Program-made: the position numbers and the translations under genes | In this document: positions 54,150 to 64,000 of the stretch, one piece after another | Layout of the letters: every line of letters begins with the position of its first letter | Numbering within the stretch: the first letter of the stretch is position 1 | The notes under the pieces: generated by a model | What the model was told of the DNA's origin: nothing | The model's input: the letters and a program-made list of their open reading frames with translations, nothing else | The model's database searches: none | Assembly (NCBI GenBank): GCA_963813715.1 | Contig: CAWFAK010000017.1 | Location: 1,056,001-1,120,000 of the forward strand | Length of the DNA: 64,000 nt | From: an uncultured Planctomycetaceae bacterium | Lineage (GTDB): Bacteria; Planctomycetota; Planctomycetia; Planctomycetales; Planctomycetaceae | Direction: 5' to 3'

Positions 54150-54905
54150 ATGCCCGTTGACAAGTCCGACCGACGCATTCGGGAGATGTTCGGCGAGATC
54201 TCTCCCCGGTACGACTTCCTCAACCATTTTTTGTCGGGTGGTACCGACTTCTATTGGCGCTGGCAGTGCGTCCGTTCGGCGCCGGTTGAAAACGAGCTGC
54301 CAATCCTCGACGTCTGCACCGGAACGGGCGATCTGGCCATCGCCTTCTGGCGTCGAGCCGGCGGCCGAGTTCGCGTCGTCGGGGCCGACTTCACGCACGA
54401 AATGCTGCGGATCGGTGTTCGCAAAGTCGAAGCACTTGGTCGTCACACGGCACATTCCGGCGGATGCACGCGAGCGGCCATCGACTTCGTCGAGGCGGAC
54501 GCGCAGCGTCTCCCCTTCGCCGACAACCAGTTTCAGATCGTGACCGTCGCCTTCGGACTGCGGAACGTTGCCGATACTCAGCAAGGTCTGCGTGAAATGG
54601 CCCGGGTCTGCGCTCCGAGCGGACGCGTCGTCGTCCTCGAGTTTTCGCTGCCGCAAAACCGGCTGATCGGCGGGCTTTACGGCTGGTACTTTCGCCATAT
54701 CTTGCCGCGGATCGGACAGCTCATTTCGCGGAACCGCCAATCGGCCTACAGCTATTTGCCCGACTCGGTGTCGGAATTTCCCAGCGGACAGCGCCTGGCG
54801 GATATGATGAATTCGTGCGGCCTCGAGCGCGCGACCTGGCAGCCGCTGACGTTTGGCTTGGCGACGGTTTACGTCGGGGTGAAACCGGGCGGGAAAATGA
54901 CTTGA
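54150..54905 (+). CDS. menG: Demethylmenaquinone methyltransferase (MenG/UbiE family)
   Basis: MFGEISPRYDFLNH, LDVCTGTGD, VAFGLRNV, LEFS, AYSYLPDSV. Confidence 0.9.
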   Translation: MPVDKSDRRIREMFGEISPRYDFLNHFLSGGTDFYWRWQCVRSAPVENELPILDVCTGTGDLAIAFWRRAGGRVRVVGADFTHEMLRIGVRKVEALGRHTAHSGGCTRAAIDFVEADAQRLPFADNQFQIVTVAFGLRNVADTQQGLREMARVCAPSGRVVVLEFSLPQNRLIGGLYGWYFRHILPRIGQLISRNRQSAYSYLPDSVSEFPSGQRLADMMNSCGLERATWQPLTFGLATVYVGVKPGGKMT

Positions 54906-54945
54906 GCCGTTCGGCTGCTCGATCGCGCGAGAAGATCGCTGGTCT

Positions 54946-55536
54946 ATGAATGACGTGGTCCTCGGGATTACCGGTGCCAGCGGGGCCGCTTATGCGAAGC
55001 GGCTGCTGGAAGTGTTGCTAGGTGCGAGTGTCCGCGTTCACCTGACCATCAGCCCCGCCGGCGCGCAGGTCCTGTGGACCGAATTAGGCCTGGCCTGCGA
55101 ACTCGACAACTTTGAGTCGCGATCGCTGGCGCTCGCCGTGGGAACCGAACGCCTGACTTACCACCAGTATCAGGACTTTTCGGCGTCGATCGCCAGCGGT
55201 TCGTTCGTGACCGGCGGCATGGTGATCTGCCCCTGCTCGATGGGCACGCTGGCAGGCGTCGCCAACGGTCTCTCGACCAACTTGATCCTCCGGGCGGCCG
55301 ACGTCCATCTGAAAGAGCGGCGGAAACTGATTGTCGTGCCCCGAGAAACGCCGCTGGGCAGCATTCAGTTGGAAAACATGAAGCGTCTGGCCGACGCCGG
55401 GGCGGTGGTGCTCCCCGCGATGCCCGGCTTTTACCATCAACCGAAATCGATCGAGGACCTCGTCGATTTCGTGGTCGCGCGAATTTGCGACCAGCTCGGT
55501 GTGCCAGTCGAATTGATGCGTCGCTGGGGAACGTAG
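54946..55536 (+). CDS. ubiX: Flavin prenyltransferase
   Basis: GITGASGA, IASGS, PCSMGTL, RAADVHLKERRKL, PRETP, PAMPGFYH. Confidence 0.95.
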   Translation: MNDVVLGITGASGAAYAKRLLEVLLGASVRVHLTISPAGAQVLWTELGLACELDNFESRSLALAVGTERLTYHQYQDFSASIASGSFVTGGMVICPCSMGTLAGVANGLSTNLILRAADVHLKERRKLIVVPRETPLGSIQLENMKRLADAGAVVLPAMPGFYHQPKSIEDLVDFVVARICDQLGVPVELMRRWGT

Positions 55537-56065
55537 ATCCTGCCGGGCACTTGACATCGGTCCGTCAATCGATTGTCATTTGTCCAAGCCCATGTGGCAC
55601 GCTGGGTGTCCGTGGGCGGCTCTGTTTGCAGCGCCGTGGGTGCGGACCGCAAGGTCCGCGAGGCGCTGGTTCATATGCCAGGAGCCGATGGGTTCACCTG
55701 CCTGCCAAAATCTCGCCTGCCTTGTTTCGTTGCATGCCAGCCGGTGCGCGCCGCGTCCATACGGCGCCGTCTTCACTCGTCATTCACGGGACGCGTCCTT
55801 GAAATTCACGACGAACAGCCAGACTGTCTGCCGGGTAAACTCAGGGATTGCCCCTACAGGCTGCCAAGTCAGCTCGAGACGACCTGAAAGCATGCCCAGT
55901 AAGACAATTCGTTAATGGTTTGTGGGTACGAGAGTTGCACTTACGGTCGGGCTCATTGGCTGAGGCAGGACAATCTGCCGTCAGCGGCCCGCCAAGCAAC
56001 TTCCAGCCTTTTTGCCTCGTCTGTGACCGGGAATTCTCGGTCGAACGGTTAAGGGAGACCATGGA

Positions 56066-57361
56066 ATGATCACTCGCCCGAATCGACGCGATTTCCTGCA
56101 CGTGGGTTTTGCCGGAGGCATCGGACTCACGCTGGCAGACCTCTTCCGCCTGCAAGCCATAGGCGGGGACGAGCAATACAACACGTCCGAAGGCAAAGCC
56201 AAGTCCGTCATCTTCATCTACTTGCCCGGCGGTGCGCCGCATCAGGAGACCTTCGATCCCAAGCCGTTCGCACCGGTCGAATACCGCGGCCCGATGAGCT
56301 CGATCGCGACGAATGTCGACGGCATTGTGCTCAATGAGTGTTTGGCGCAGACGGCCAAGGTCTGCGACAAGCTCGCGCTCTGTCGCTCGATGACGCACGG
56401 CGAAGCAGCCCACGAGCGGGGCACGCACAACATGTTCACCGGCTACAAGCCGAGCCCGGCCCTGGCGTTTCCGAGCATGGGCAGCGTCGTGACGCACGAA
56501 TTCCCGCCGCGCAACAATCTGCCGCAGTACGTCTGCATACCGAGCATGCCGAACGAGTTTGCGGGGACAGGCTACCTGAGCTCTTCATTCGCGCCGTTCA
56601 GCCTCGGCGGCGATCCGGCCGACAATGGTTTCACGGTGCAGGATCTCAAGCTGCCCGGCAGCGTGAGCGATGGCCGCTTCAGCCGTCGCCGCCGCATCCT
56701 CGATGCGGTGAACGATTACTTCGAACACAAGGAAAAGGCCGACTCGCTCAAGGCGGTCGACACGTTCTATCAGCGAGCCTACTCGATGGTCAGTTCGCAG
56801 AAGGCCCGCGAGGCATTCAACATCAAGGCTGAGCCGGCCAAGCTTCGCGATGAGTACGGCCGCAACACGGCTGGCGCCCGCATGCTATTGGCTCGGCGGT
56901 TGGTCGAGGCGGGCGTTCGCTTCGTGACGATGACGTATGGCAGCTGGGACCTGCACGACAACGTGCAACCCAACATCAAGAATCAATTGCCGGCCTTCGA
57001 CCAGGGGTTTGCCGCCCTGATTCGTGATCTCGAGCGTCGCGGGCTGCTCGCCAGCACGCTGGTGTGCATCGCCTCGGAATTCGGCCGCACGCCCAAGATC
57101 AACGGCACGGCCGGCCGCGACCATTGGCCGAAGGTCTTCACCGTGGTGATGGCCGGCGGCGGCATCAAGGGCGGCTTGTCGTACGGGTCCTCTAACGCCA
57201 CTGCCAGCGAGCCCGAGGATAAGCCGCTGTCCGTGGAGGATTGGGCAGCTACGATTTACCAGTGCCTAGGAATCAATCCCGAGAAGAAACTGTTGGCCCC
57301 GGGCGCCCGGCCAATCGCGATTGTGAAAGACGGAGAGGTCCGCAAGGAATTGCTGGCGTGA
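56066..57361 (+). CDS. DUF1501 protein with Tat-like signal
   Basis: NRRDFL, YLPGGAPHQETFDPKP, LLARRLVEAGV, WDLH, EFGRTPKIN, GRDHW. Confidence 0.95.
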   Translation: MITRPNRRDFLHVGFAGGIGLTLADLFRLQAIGGDEQYNTSEGKAKSVIFIYLPGGAPHQETFDPKPFAPVEYRGPMSSIATNVDGIVLNECLAQTAKVCDKLALCRSMTHGEAAHERGTHNMFTGYKPSPALAFPSMGSVVTHEFPPRNNLPQYVCIPSMPNEFAGTGYLSSSFAPFSLGGDPADNGFTVQDLKLPGSVSDGRFSRRRRILDAVNDYFEHKEKADSLKAVDTFYQRAYSMVSSQKAREAFNIKAEPAKLRDEYGRNTAGARMLLARRLVEAGVRFVTMTYGSWDLHDNVQPNIKNQLPAFDQGFAALIRDLERRGLLASTLVCIASEFGRTPKINGTAGRDHWPKVFTVVMAGGGIKGGLSYGSSNATASEPEDKPLSVEDWAATIYQCLGINPEKKLLAPGARPIAIVKDGEVRKELLA

Positions 57362-57584
57362 TGATCCGCGCAGGCGCGGCCCGCAAAACTACAGCAGATG
57401 ACGCTTTCCAGCCTGGACCTTCGTCGAGGACTATTCATTCGAGCGGGATACTTTGCGAGTCGCGAACGCAGGCGCCGGCAATCTTCGGCGAGCCACCCCG
57501 ACCGGGATGCTCGTTGACGCCCGCGCGATTCGTGTGTTCTTTTTCTCCCGCCAGTTGGCTCCGCCGGTAACCGGAGAGGAATCA

Positions 57585-60035
57585 ATGCGACAGTTTCTCC
57601 GTTTGATGGGCTTGTTCTCCTTCGGGTTGGCCATCGCCCTAGCCGATGGCGCGGCGGCTTGGTCCGCTTCTCCATCGCTGGGCGTGATTTTGCCGCGCGG
57701 CCTGCAACGTGGCGCGACGAGCGTGCTCACGTTTCACGGCGGGAATCTGGCCGACGCGAAAGAGATCTTGTTCTTCTCGCCCGGTTTCGAAGTGACAAAG
57801 CTCGAGCCGAGCCCTGGGGCCGTCAAAGCGACGATCAAAGTCGCCAAGGACTGCCGGCTGGGCGAACATGTGGCCCACGTCCGCACGGCGACGGGACTGA
57901 CCGAGTATCGCACGTTTTGGGTCGGTCCGTTTCCGGACGTGAAGGAGAAAGAGCCCAACAGCGACTTCAAATCGCCGCAACCCATTCCGATGAACGTGAC
58001 CGTCGCCGGCGTGATCGACAACGAAGACGTCGATTACTACGTGATTGACGCCAAAAAAGGACAGCGGATCAGTGCCGAGATCGAAGGCATGCGGCTCGGG
58101 GTGACGATGTTCGACCCGTACATCGCGATTCTCGACTCCAAGCGATTCGAGCTGATTACGGCCGACGACTCGCCCCTGTTGAAGCAGGACGCGCTCGCTT
58201 CGATCATTGCCCCGGCTGACGGCAAGTACGTCATTCAGGTCCGCGAGAGTTCCTACGGCGGCGACGGCAATTGCCACTACCGGCTGCACGTCGGCAACTT
58301 CCCGCGACCGATCGCCGTTTACCCGGCCGGCGGGAAACTCGGAGAGGAAGTTCAGGTCCGCTTCCTCGGCGATCCGACCGGCGACATCGTGAGGAAAGTG
58401 AAGCTGCCCTCGCAGGCCGTGCCGGATTTTGGCCTCGTTCCAGAAGACGCGACCGGGACGGCGCCCTCGGAGATTCCGTTCCGCTTGTCGACGGCCGGAA
58501 ACGTCCTCGAGAAGGAACCTAACGACACGCTCAAGGAGGCCACGCCGGCCGAACTCCCGAACGCGCTGAACGGCATTCTGGAGAAGCCGGGCGACGTCGA
58601 CTTCTTCAAGTTCAACGCCAAGAAGGGTCAGACCTACGAAGTGGAGTGCTATGGACGGCGGATTCGCTCGGCCATTGATCCGGTGATGTACCTCTATAAC
58701 GCACAGGGGGGCGCGCTACTGGCCAACGACGACTCGCGCGGTCCCGATCCGTACTTCCGCTTCACGGTTCCGGCGGACGGCGAGTACTACCTCTCGATCA
58801 CCGACCACTTGAAGCGCGGCGGGCCGGGTTTTGTCTATCGCGTCGAATTCCTCCCCGTCGAGCCGAAAGTGACGACCGGATTGCCGCAGGTCGCCCGCTA
58901 TTCCCAGTTCCGTCAGCAGATGTACGTCGCGCGGGGCAACAGGTTCGGCGCGGTCATTTCCGCCAGTCGTGAGAACTTCGGTGGCGACCTCTTGCTCGAC
59001 CCTCGGAACATGCCGCCGGGCATCAAGGTGATCGCCGACCCGATGCCGGCCAACGCCAGCACGATGCCCGTGGTGTTCGAGGCGGCCAAAGACGCGCCGC
59101 TGTCGGGACGGCTCGTTGACCTGCAGGCCAAGAGCATCGATCCCAAGCTCAAAGTCAGCGGCGGATTCTTCAATCATGCTGAGTTCGTGATCGCGGCTCC
59201 GGGGCAGTCGCTCTTCAGCTGGTGCGACGTGGACCGCATGGCCGTGGCCGTGCTCGATGAGCTGCCCTACACGCTCGAAATCGTCGAACCGAAAGTGCCC
59301 CTCGTGCAGAGCGGGCTGATGCAGCTCAAGATTCGTGCCCACCGCAAGCCCGGCTTCGTCGAGCCGATCAACGTGCAAGTTCCGTTCTTGCCGCCGGGCG
59401 TTGGCGGAGTTCCCGCAGTCGACATCCCCAAGGGTCAGAACGAAGTGCTGTTTCCGCTCAACGCCAACGGCGGGGCCGAGGTCAAGAAATGGAAAATCTT
59501 CGCCCTAGGTTCGGCCAACGTGAACGGCGGGGCCGCCTGGGCCTCCTCGCAAATGGCCAACCTGGAGATCACGCCTCCGTACATCCAATTCAACATTCAG
59601 CGGGCCGCCGTTGAGCAGGGACAGAAGACCGACCTGGTTTGCGGCGTCACGGTGAACCATCCGTTTGACGGCGCGGCCAAGGTGCAGGTGTTGGGATTCC
59701 CGCCCAAGGTCACGTCGCCCGAAATGGAATTGAAAAAGGACATGAAGGAGCTGGTCTTCAAAGTCTCCACTGAGAAAGCCAGCCCCGCGGGGACCCACCG
59801 CAACATCTTCTGCCAGGCGATCATTATGGAGCACGGCGAACCGATCGTGCACTACGTCGGCGGAACGGAGCTGCGGATCGATCAGCCTCTGCCGGCGCCG
59901 ACCAAACCGGCCGCCGCCCCTGCGGCGGTCGCGAAAAAAGAAGCGCCGAAAGCAGCGGCCGCCCCCAAACGGCTCACGCGGCTGGAGGCACTCCGTCTCG
60001 AGGCCAAAGAAAAAGCGCAAACCGTCGCCAAGTGA
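57585..60035 (+). CDS. Secreted PPC (pre-peptidase C-terminal) repeat protein
   Basis: Signal peptide; two EKEPN...G.I...DVD units; DDSPLLKQD and NDDSRGPDP. Confidence 0.85.
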   Translation: MRQFLRLMGLFSFGLAIALADGAAAWSASPSLGVILPRGLQRGATSVLTFHGGNLADAKEILFFSPGFEVTKLEPSPGAVKATIKVAKDCRLGEHVAHVRTATGLTEYRTFWVGPFPDVKEKEPNSDFKSPQPIPMNVTVAGVIDNEDVDYYVIDAKKGQRISAEIEGMRLGVTMFDPYIAILDSKRFELITADDSPLLKQDALASIIAPADGKYVIQVRESSYGGDGNCHYRLHVGNFPRPIAVYPAGGKLGEEVQVRFLGDPTGDIVRKVKLPSQAVPDFGLVPEDATGTAPSEIPFRLSTAGNVLEKEPNDTLKEATPAELPNALNGILEKPGDVDFFKFNAKKGQTYEVECYGRRIRSAIDPVMYLYNAQGGALLANDDSRGPDPYFRFTVPADGEYYLSITDHLKRGGPGFVYRVEFLPVEPKVTTGLPQVARYSQFRQQMYVARGNRFGAVISASRENFGGDLLLDPRNMPPGIKVIADPMPANASTMPVVFEAAKDAPLSGRLVDLQAKSIDPKLKVSGGFFNHAEFVIAAPGQSLFSWCDVDRMAVAVLDELPYTLEIVEPKVPLVQSGLMQLKIRAHRKPGFVEPINVQVPFLPPGVGGVPAVDIPKGQNEVLFPLNANGGAEVKKWKIFALGSANVNGGAAWASSQMANLEITPPYIQFNIQRAAVEQGQKTDLVCGVTVNHPFDGAAKVQVLGFPPKVTSPEMELKKDMKELVFKVSTEKASPAGTHRNIFCQAIIMEHGEPIVHYVGGTELRIDQPLPAPTKPAAAPAAVAKKEAPKAAAAPKRLTRLEALRLEAKEKAQTVAK

Positions 60036-60112
60036 TTTGGCGAGCTGACACTCGCCGTTCGCCAGCCAAATACCGGACCAAAGCAGAGAACGGAATCGGG
60101 AGAGCAAGAGTT

Positions 60113-62569
60113 ATGCGACAACGAGTTCGCCCCCAATTGCTGGTCATTGCTGTCGCGTTCGCCGCGGCCCTGGCACCGGCCTCGACCTTTGCGGCCGAAT
60201 CCGCTCCGCTGCCCAAGCCGGCCGAGATTCTTGTCTTTCCCCCCGACGTCGAGCTGACGACGGCCCGGGACCGGCAGTCGCTGATCGTCCAGGCTCGCTA
60301 TCCCGACGGCATCACCCGCGACGTCACCGCCGACGCGAAGTTCGTTTTGGCGGACAGCAAGTTGGCCCGCTTTGACAATCACACGCTCTATCCCGTTGGC
60401 GATGGCAAGACGCAGCTCGACGTGACCTACGCCGGGCTCAACGTCAAGCTGCCGGTAACCATCAAGAATGCCAAGCTCGATCCGCCGATCAGCTTCAAAC
60501 TCGACGTGATGCCCGTCTTCATGAAGGCCGGCTGCAACATGGGCAGCTGCCATGGCGCGGCCCGCGGCAAGGACGGCTTTCGCCTGTCACTGTTCGGCTT
60601 CGACCCTGATGGGGACTACCAGCGCCTGACACGCGAACTTTCCGGCCGCCGCATCAACCTCGCCCTGCCCGAAGAGAGCCTGATCATCCAGAAGGCGCTG
60701 GGCAAGGTGCCGCACACCGGCGGCAAGCGCTTCGAGGCCGGCTGCGAGATGTACCAGACGCTGATGCGCTGGCTCAACGCCAGTGCTCCGGCCGACCCGG
60801 GAGAAGTCCCCAAGGTCGTGTCTGTCGAGCTGTATCCGAAAAACGGCGTGCTCGATGGCAAGGGAGCCACCCAGAAGCTCACCGTCCGCGCCAAGTACTC
60901 CGACGGCACCGACCGCGACGTCACCACGCTCGCCTATTACATGACCAATAACGACGTCTCGGCCGCCGTCTCGCAGGACGGTGTGATCACCGCCGGCGCG
61001 CGGGGCGAGGCCTTCATCATGGCCCGCTTCTCGACGCACACCGTCGGCTGCCAGTTCATCGTGCTGCCCAAGGGTCTCAAGTTCGAGTTCCCCAAGGTGG
61101 CCGAGAACAACTACATCGACACGCACGTTCACGCCAAGTTGAAGAAGCTTCGCATTCAGCCCTCGCCGGTCTGCGGCGACGAAGAGTTTCTGCGGCGGGT
61201 GACGATCGACGTCACCGGCACGCTGCCCACGGTCGACGAATATCGCCACTTCATGGCCGACAAGTCGGCCGACAAGCGGGCAAAGGTCGTCGACGATCTG
61301 TTGACCCGCAAAGAGTTCGTCGAAATCTGGCTGATGAAGTGGGCGGAGCTGTTGCAGATCCGCACCAACCAGAACATCAGCACAAAGTCGATGCTCTCGT
61401 ACTACACCTGGCTACAGAACAAGATCGCCAACAACGTGCCGATGGACGTGATGGTGCAGGAGCTGTTGGGGTCGGCGGGCGGAACGTTCGCGAACCCGGC
61501 TACCAACTACTACCAGAACGAGACCGACACGCTGAAGACGGCCGAAAACGTGGCGCAGGTCTTCATGGGCATGCGGATCCAGTGCTCCCAGTGCCACAAC
61601 CATCCGTTCGACCGTTGGACGATGGATGACTATTACGGCTTTGCCGCCTTCTTCTCGCAGATCGGCCGCAAAGGTTCCGAGGATCCCCGCGAGCTGATCG
61701 TCTTCAATAGCAGCAGCGGCGAAGTCGCCCACCCCGTCGGCGGCCGAGTGATGAAGCCCAAGTTCCTGGGCGGCGCGACGCCCGACGTCGCCGGTAAGGA
61801 CCGGCGGCAAGTTTTGGCCAAGTGGCTGGCCTCTCCTGAGAACCCCTACTTCGCCAAGAACCTGGCCAACATTGTCTGGGCCCACTTTCTCGGCCGGGGC
61901 ATCATCCACGAGGTGGACGACGTCCGCGTGAGCAACCCGGCCGTCAATCCCGAGCTGCTCGACGAGCTGGGGAAAAAGTTCACCGAGTATCACTACGATT
62001 TCAAGCGGCTAGTCAAAGACATCTGCGCTTCGCGCACCTATCAGCTCTCAACCGAGGTCAACCCGACCAACCTCGACGACCATCGCAACTTCGCCCATGC
62101 CGAGCTGCGCCGCATGCGGGCCGAGGTGATGCTCGACTGCATTAGCCAGGCGACCGACACCAAGAATAAGTTTCCTGGGCTGCCGTTGGGAGCCCGTGCC
62201 GTGCAAGTGGCCGACGGCAACACTTCGACCTACTTCCTCACAACCTTCGGCCGCGCCACCCGTGGCACGGCCTGCTCTTGCGAAGTGCGAGTGGAGCCGA
62301 ACTTGTCGCAGGCCTTGCACCTGCTCAACGGCGACAGCTCGAACTCGAAAATTCACGAAGGCCAGCTCGTCCGCCGGCGGCTCGACGCAAAGAAGCAGCC
62401 GCTCGAAATCCTCGACGAGTTATACATCCGCTGCCTCTGCCGGCAGCCGACCGAAAAAGAGAAAGCGGCCGTGACCGCGATGATGACCGAAAACTCCTAC
62501 ACGCGGCAGGTGTTGGAAGACACGTTCTGGGCCCTGCTCAATTCGCGGGAGTTTTTGTTCAACCACTAA
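60113..62569 (+). CDS. DUF1549/DUF1553 protein with Ig-like domains
   Basis: GCNMGSCHG, FLRRVTID, QCSQCHNHPFDRW, NPYFAKN, NPAVNPELL, QALHLLNG, WALLNSREFLFNH. Confidence 0.95.
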   Translation: MRQRVRPQLLVIAVAFAAALAPASTFAAESAPLPKPAEILVFPPDVELTTARDRQSLIVQARYPDGITRDVTADAKFVLADSKLARFDNHTLYPVGDGKTQLDVTYAGLNVKLPVTIKNAKLDPPISFKLDVMPVFMKAGCNMGSCHGAARGKDGFRLSLFGFDPDGDYQRLTRELSGRRINLALPEESLIIQKALGKVPHTGGKRFEAGCEMYQTLMRWLNASAPADPGEVPKVVSVELYPKNGVLDGKGATQKLTVRAKYSDGTDRDVTTLAYYMTNNDVSAAVSQDGVITAGARGEAFIMARFSTHTVGCQFIVLPKGLKFEFPKVAENNYIDTHVHAKLKKLRIQPSPVCGDEEFLRRVTIDVTGTLPTVDEYRHFMADKSADKRAKVVDDLLTRKEFVEIWLMKWAELLQIRTNQNISTKSMLSYYTWLQNKIANNVPMDVMVQELLGSAGGTFANPATNYYQNETDTLKTAENVAQVFMGMRIQCSQCHNHPFDRWTMDDYYGFAAFFSQIGRKGSEDPRELIVFNSSSGEVAHPVGGRVMKPKFLGGATPDVAGKDRRQVLAKWLASPENPYFAKNLANIVWAHFLGRGIIHEVDDVRVSNPAVNPELLDELGKKFTEYHYDFKRLVKDICASRTYQLSTEVNPTNLDDHRNFAHAELRRMRAEVMLDCISQATDTKNKFPGLPLGARAVQVADGNTSTYFLTTFGRATRGTACSCEVRVEPNLSQALHLLNGDSSNSKIHEGQLVRRRLDAKKQPLEILDELYIRCLCRQPTEKEKAAVTAMMTENSYTRQVLEDTFWALLNSREFLFNH

Positions 62570-62680
62570 GGCAGCGCCGGCGCTAAGCTGGAGTATGTGG
62601 CGGGATCTTGCCGAGCAAGGGATAGCCGCCCCTGCGGAACCGCCCTAAGGAAACAACAACAGATTTTGCACGGACGCGGG

Positions 62681-64000
62681 ATGGGTGATTCGATGTCGGT
62701 TCGTTCTGGTTTACGAGTGTTGAGCCTCGCGGGGCTTCTGGCCAGTTTCGCCTTTGCGCCAAGCGGCGCGCGGTCCGACGACAACAAATCGACCGCGGCC
62801 AAGGGCCCGAAGATCACGTTTGAGGATCACATCAAGCCGATCTTCCGCGAAAAGTGCGCCGCCTGTCACAACACCGACAAGAAGACCGCCGGTCTCGACC
62901 TGACAAATTACGCCGGCACGATGGCGGGCGGCGGCTCGGCGCGGTGGTCAATCCCGGCAGCTCCGGCGACAGCTACCTATACTCGCTCGTCACGCATCAG
63001 TCGCAGCCCTACATGCCGCTCAAGGCCGATAAGCTGCCCGACGAAATGATCGCCACAATCGCCAAGTGGATCGACGGCGGGGCGCTCGAGACGAGCGGCA
63101 GCAAGGCCCTCGCTCCCAAAAAGCCAAAGCTCGATCTCGCGCTCAAAGGCGCGCCGACCGGGCGGCCGGCCGGACCGCCGCCGATGCCCGAGCACTTGAC
63201 GCTCGAGCCCGTGGTGCGGACGCAGCGGGCCACCGCCTCGCGGACGCTCGCCGTCAACCCGTGGTCGCCGCTGGCGGCGCTCGCCGGGCAGAAGCAGGTC
63301 CTGCTCTACAACACGAAGACGCTCGAACTCGTCGGCGTCCTCCCCTTCCCCGAAGGCGTGCCGCAAGTTTTGAAGTTCAGCCAGAACGGGCTGTTGCTGC
63401 TCGCGGGCGGTGGACGCGGGGCGGCCAGCGGTCGTGTCGTCGTCTGGAACATCAAAACGGGCGATCGCATTTTCGAGGTCGGCGAGGAGCTGGATAGCGT
63501 GCTGGGGGCCGACATCAGTGCGGACCAGTCGCTGATCGCGCTCGGCGGCCCGGGCAAAATCGTCCGTGTCTACTCGACCGCGGACGGCTCGCTCAAAGCC
63601 CAAATGAAAAAGCACACCGATTGGGTCACCTCCGTCGCCTTCAGTCCCGATGGAGTGCTCTTGGCATCGGCCGATCGCAACGGCGGCGTCGTGATTTGGG
63701 AGGCTCAGACGGGCCGCGAATACGCGGTTCTCGCCGGCCACCCGAGCGCGGTCAACGCGTTGTCGTGGCGCATCGATTCCAACTTGTTGGCAACCGGCAG
63801 CGAAGACACCACCATCAAGCTCTGGGAGCCGGAAAACGGCAATCAAGTGAAGACTTGGGGGGCTCACGGCGGCGGCGTGACGTCGCTCGCATTCACGCGG
63901 GACGGACGGCTCGTTTCCTGCGGGCGCGACGGCGTCGCCAAGCTCTGGGACCAAAATGGATCGGCCAAGCGCGCGTTTTCCGGCTTTGCCGACCTGCCGC
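62681..64000 (+). CDS. Planctomycete cytochrome c domain plus WD40 repeat protein; frameshift near 62940; runs off the window
   Basis: IKPIFREKCAACH (CxxCH), WIDGGA, WD repeats HTDWVTSVAFSPDG and SEDTTIKLW. Confidence 0.85.

Overview
High-GC bacterial chromosome segment, very likely Planctomycetota: two DUF1501 genes, a DUF1549/DUF1553 gene, a PPC-domain gene, a planctomycete cytochrome c-WD40 gene, DUF4159/MoxR/DUF58 genes and an SHD1-like domain. About 45 genes are recognisable. They include housekeeping genes (argS, rsfS, purM, mobA, hisI, hisG, menG/ubiE, ubiX), a Gld-like ABC system, a second ABC system, and a sugar-phosphate cluster (HAD / deoxyhypusine-synthase-like / HldE-like kinase / GmhA-like SIS). 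At least 15 genes, including argS, carry single-base frameshifts, most likely long-read indel errors. Main observations: (1) a stand-alone, circularly permuted UrtA-family binding protein with its own sigma54 promoter, tandem NtrC-like boxes and terminator; (2) a tandemly duplicated leader with conserved hairpins and covarying anti-SD/SD pairing upstream of a DUF2156-GNAT-methyltransferase operon, a candidate novel RNA switch; (3) an ~11 kb accessory block between moxR and DUF58 holding a diverged in-frame copy of the moxR 3' end, an AIPR defence gene and a strand-biased GGGAC repeat field; (4) an abrupt codon-usage switch inside the pfkB gene. I recognised no tRNA, rRNA or CRISPR array. All family assignments come from recalled motifs, not database searches.
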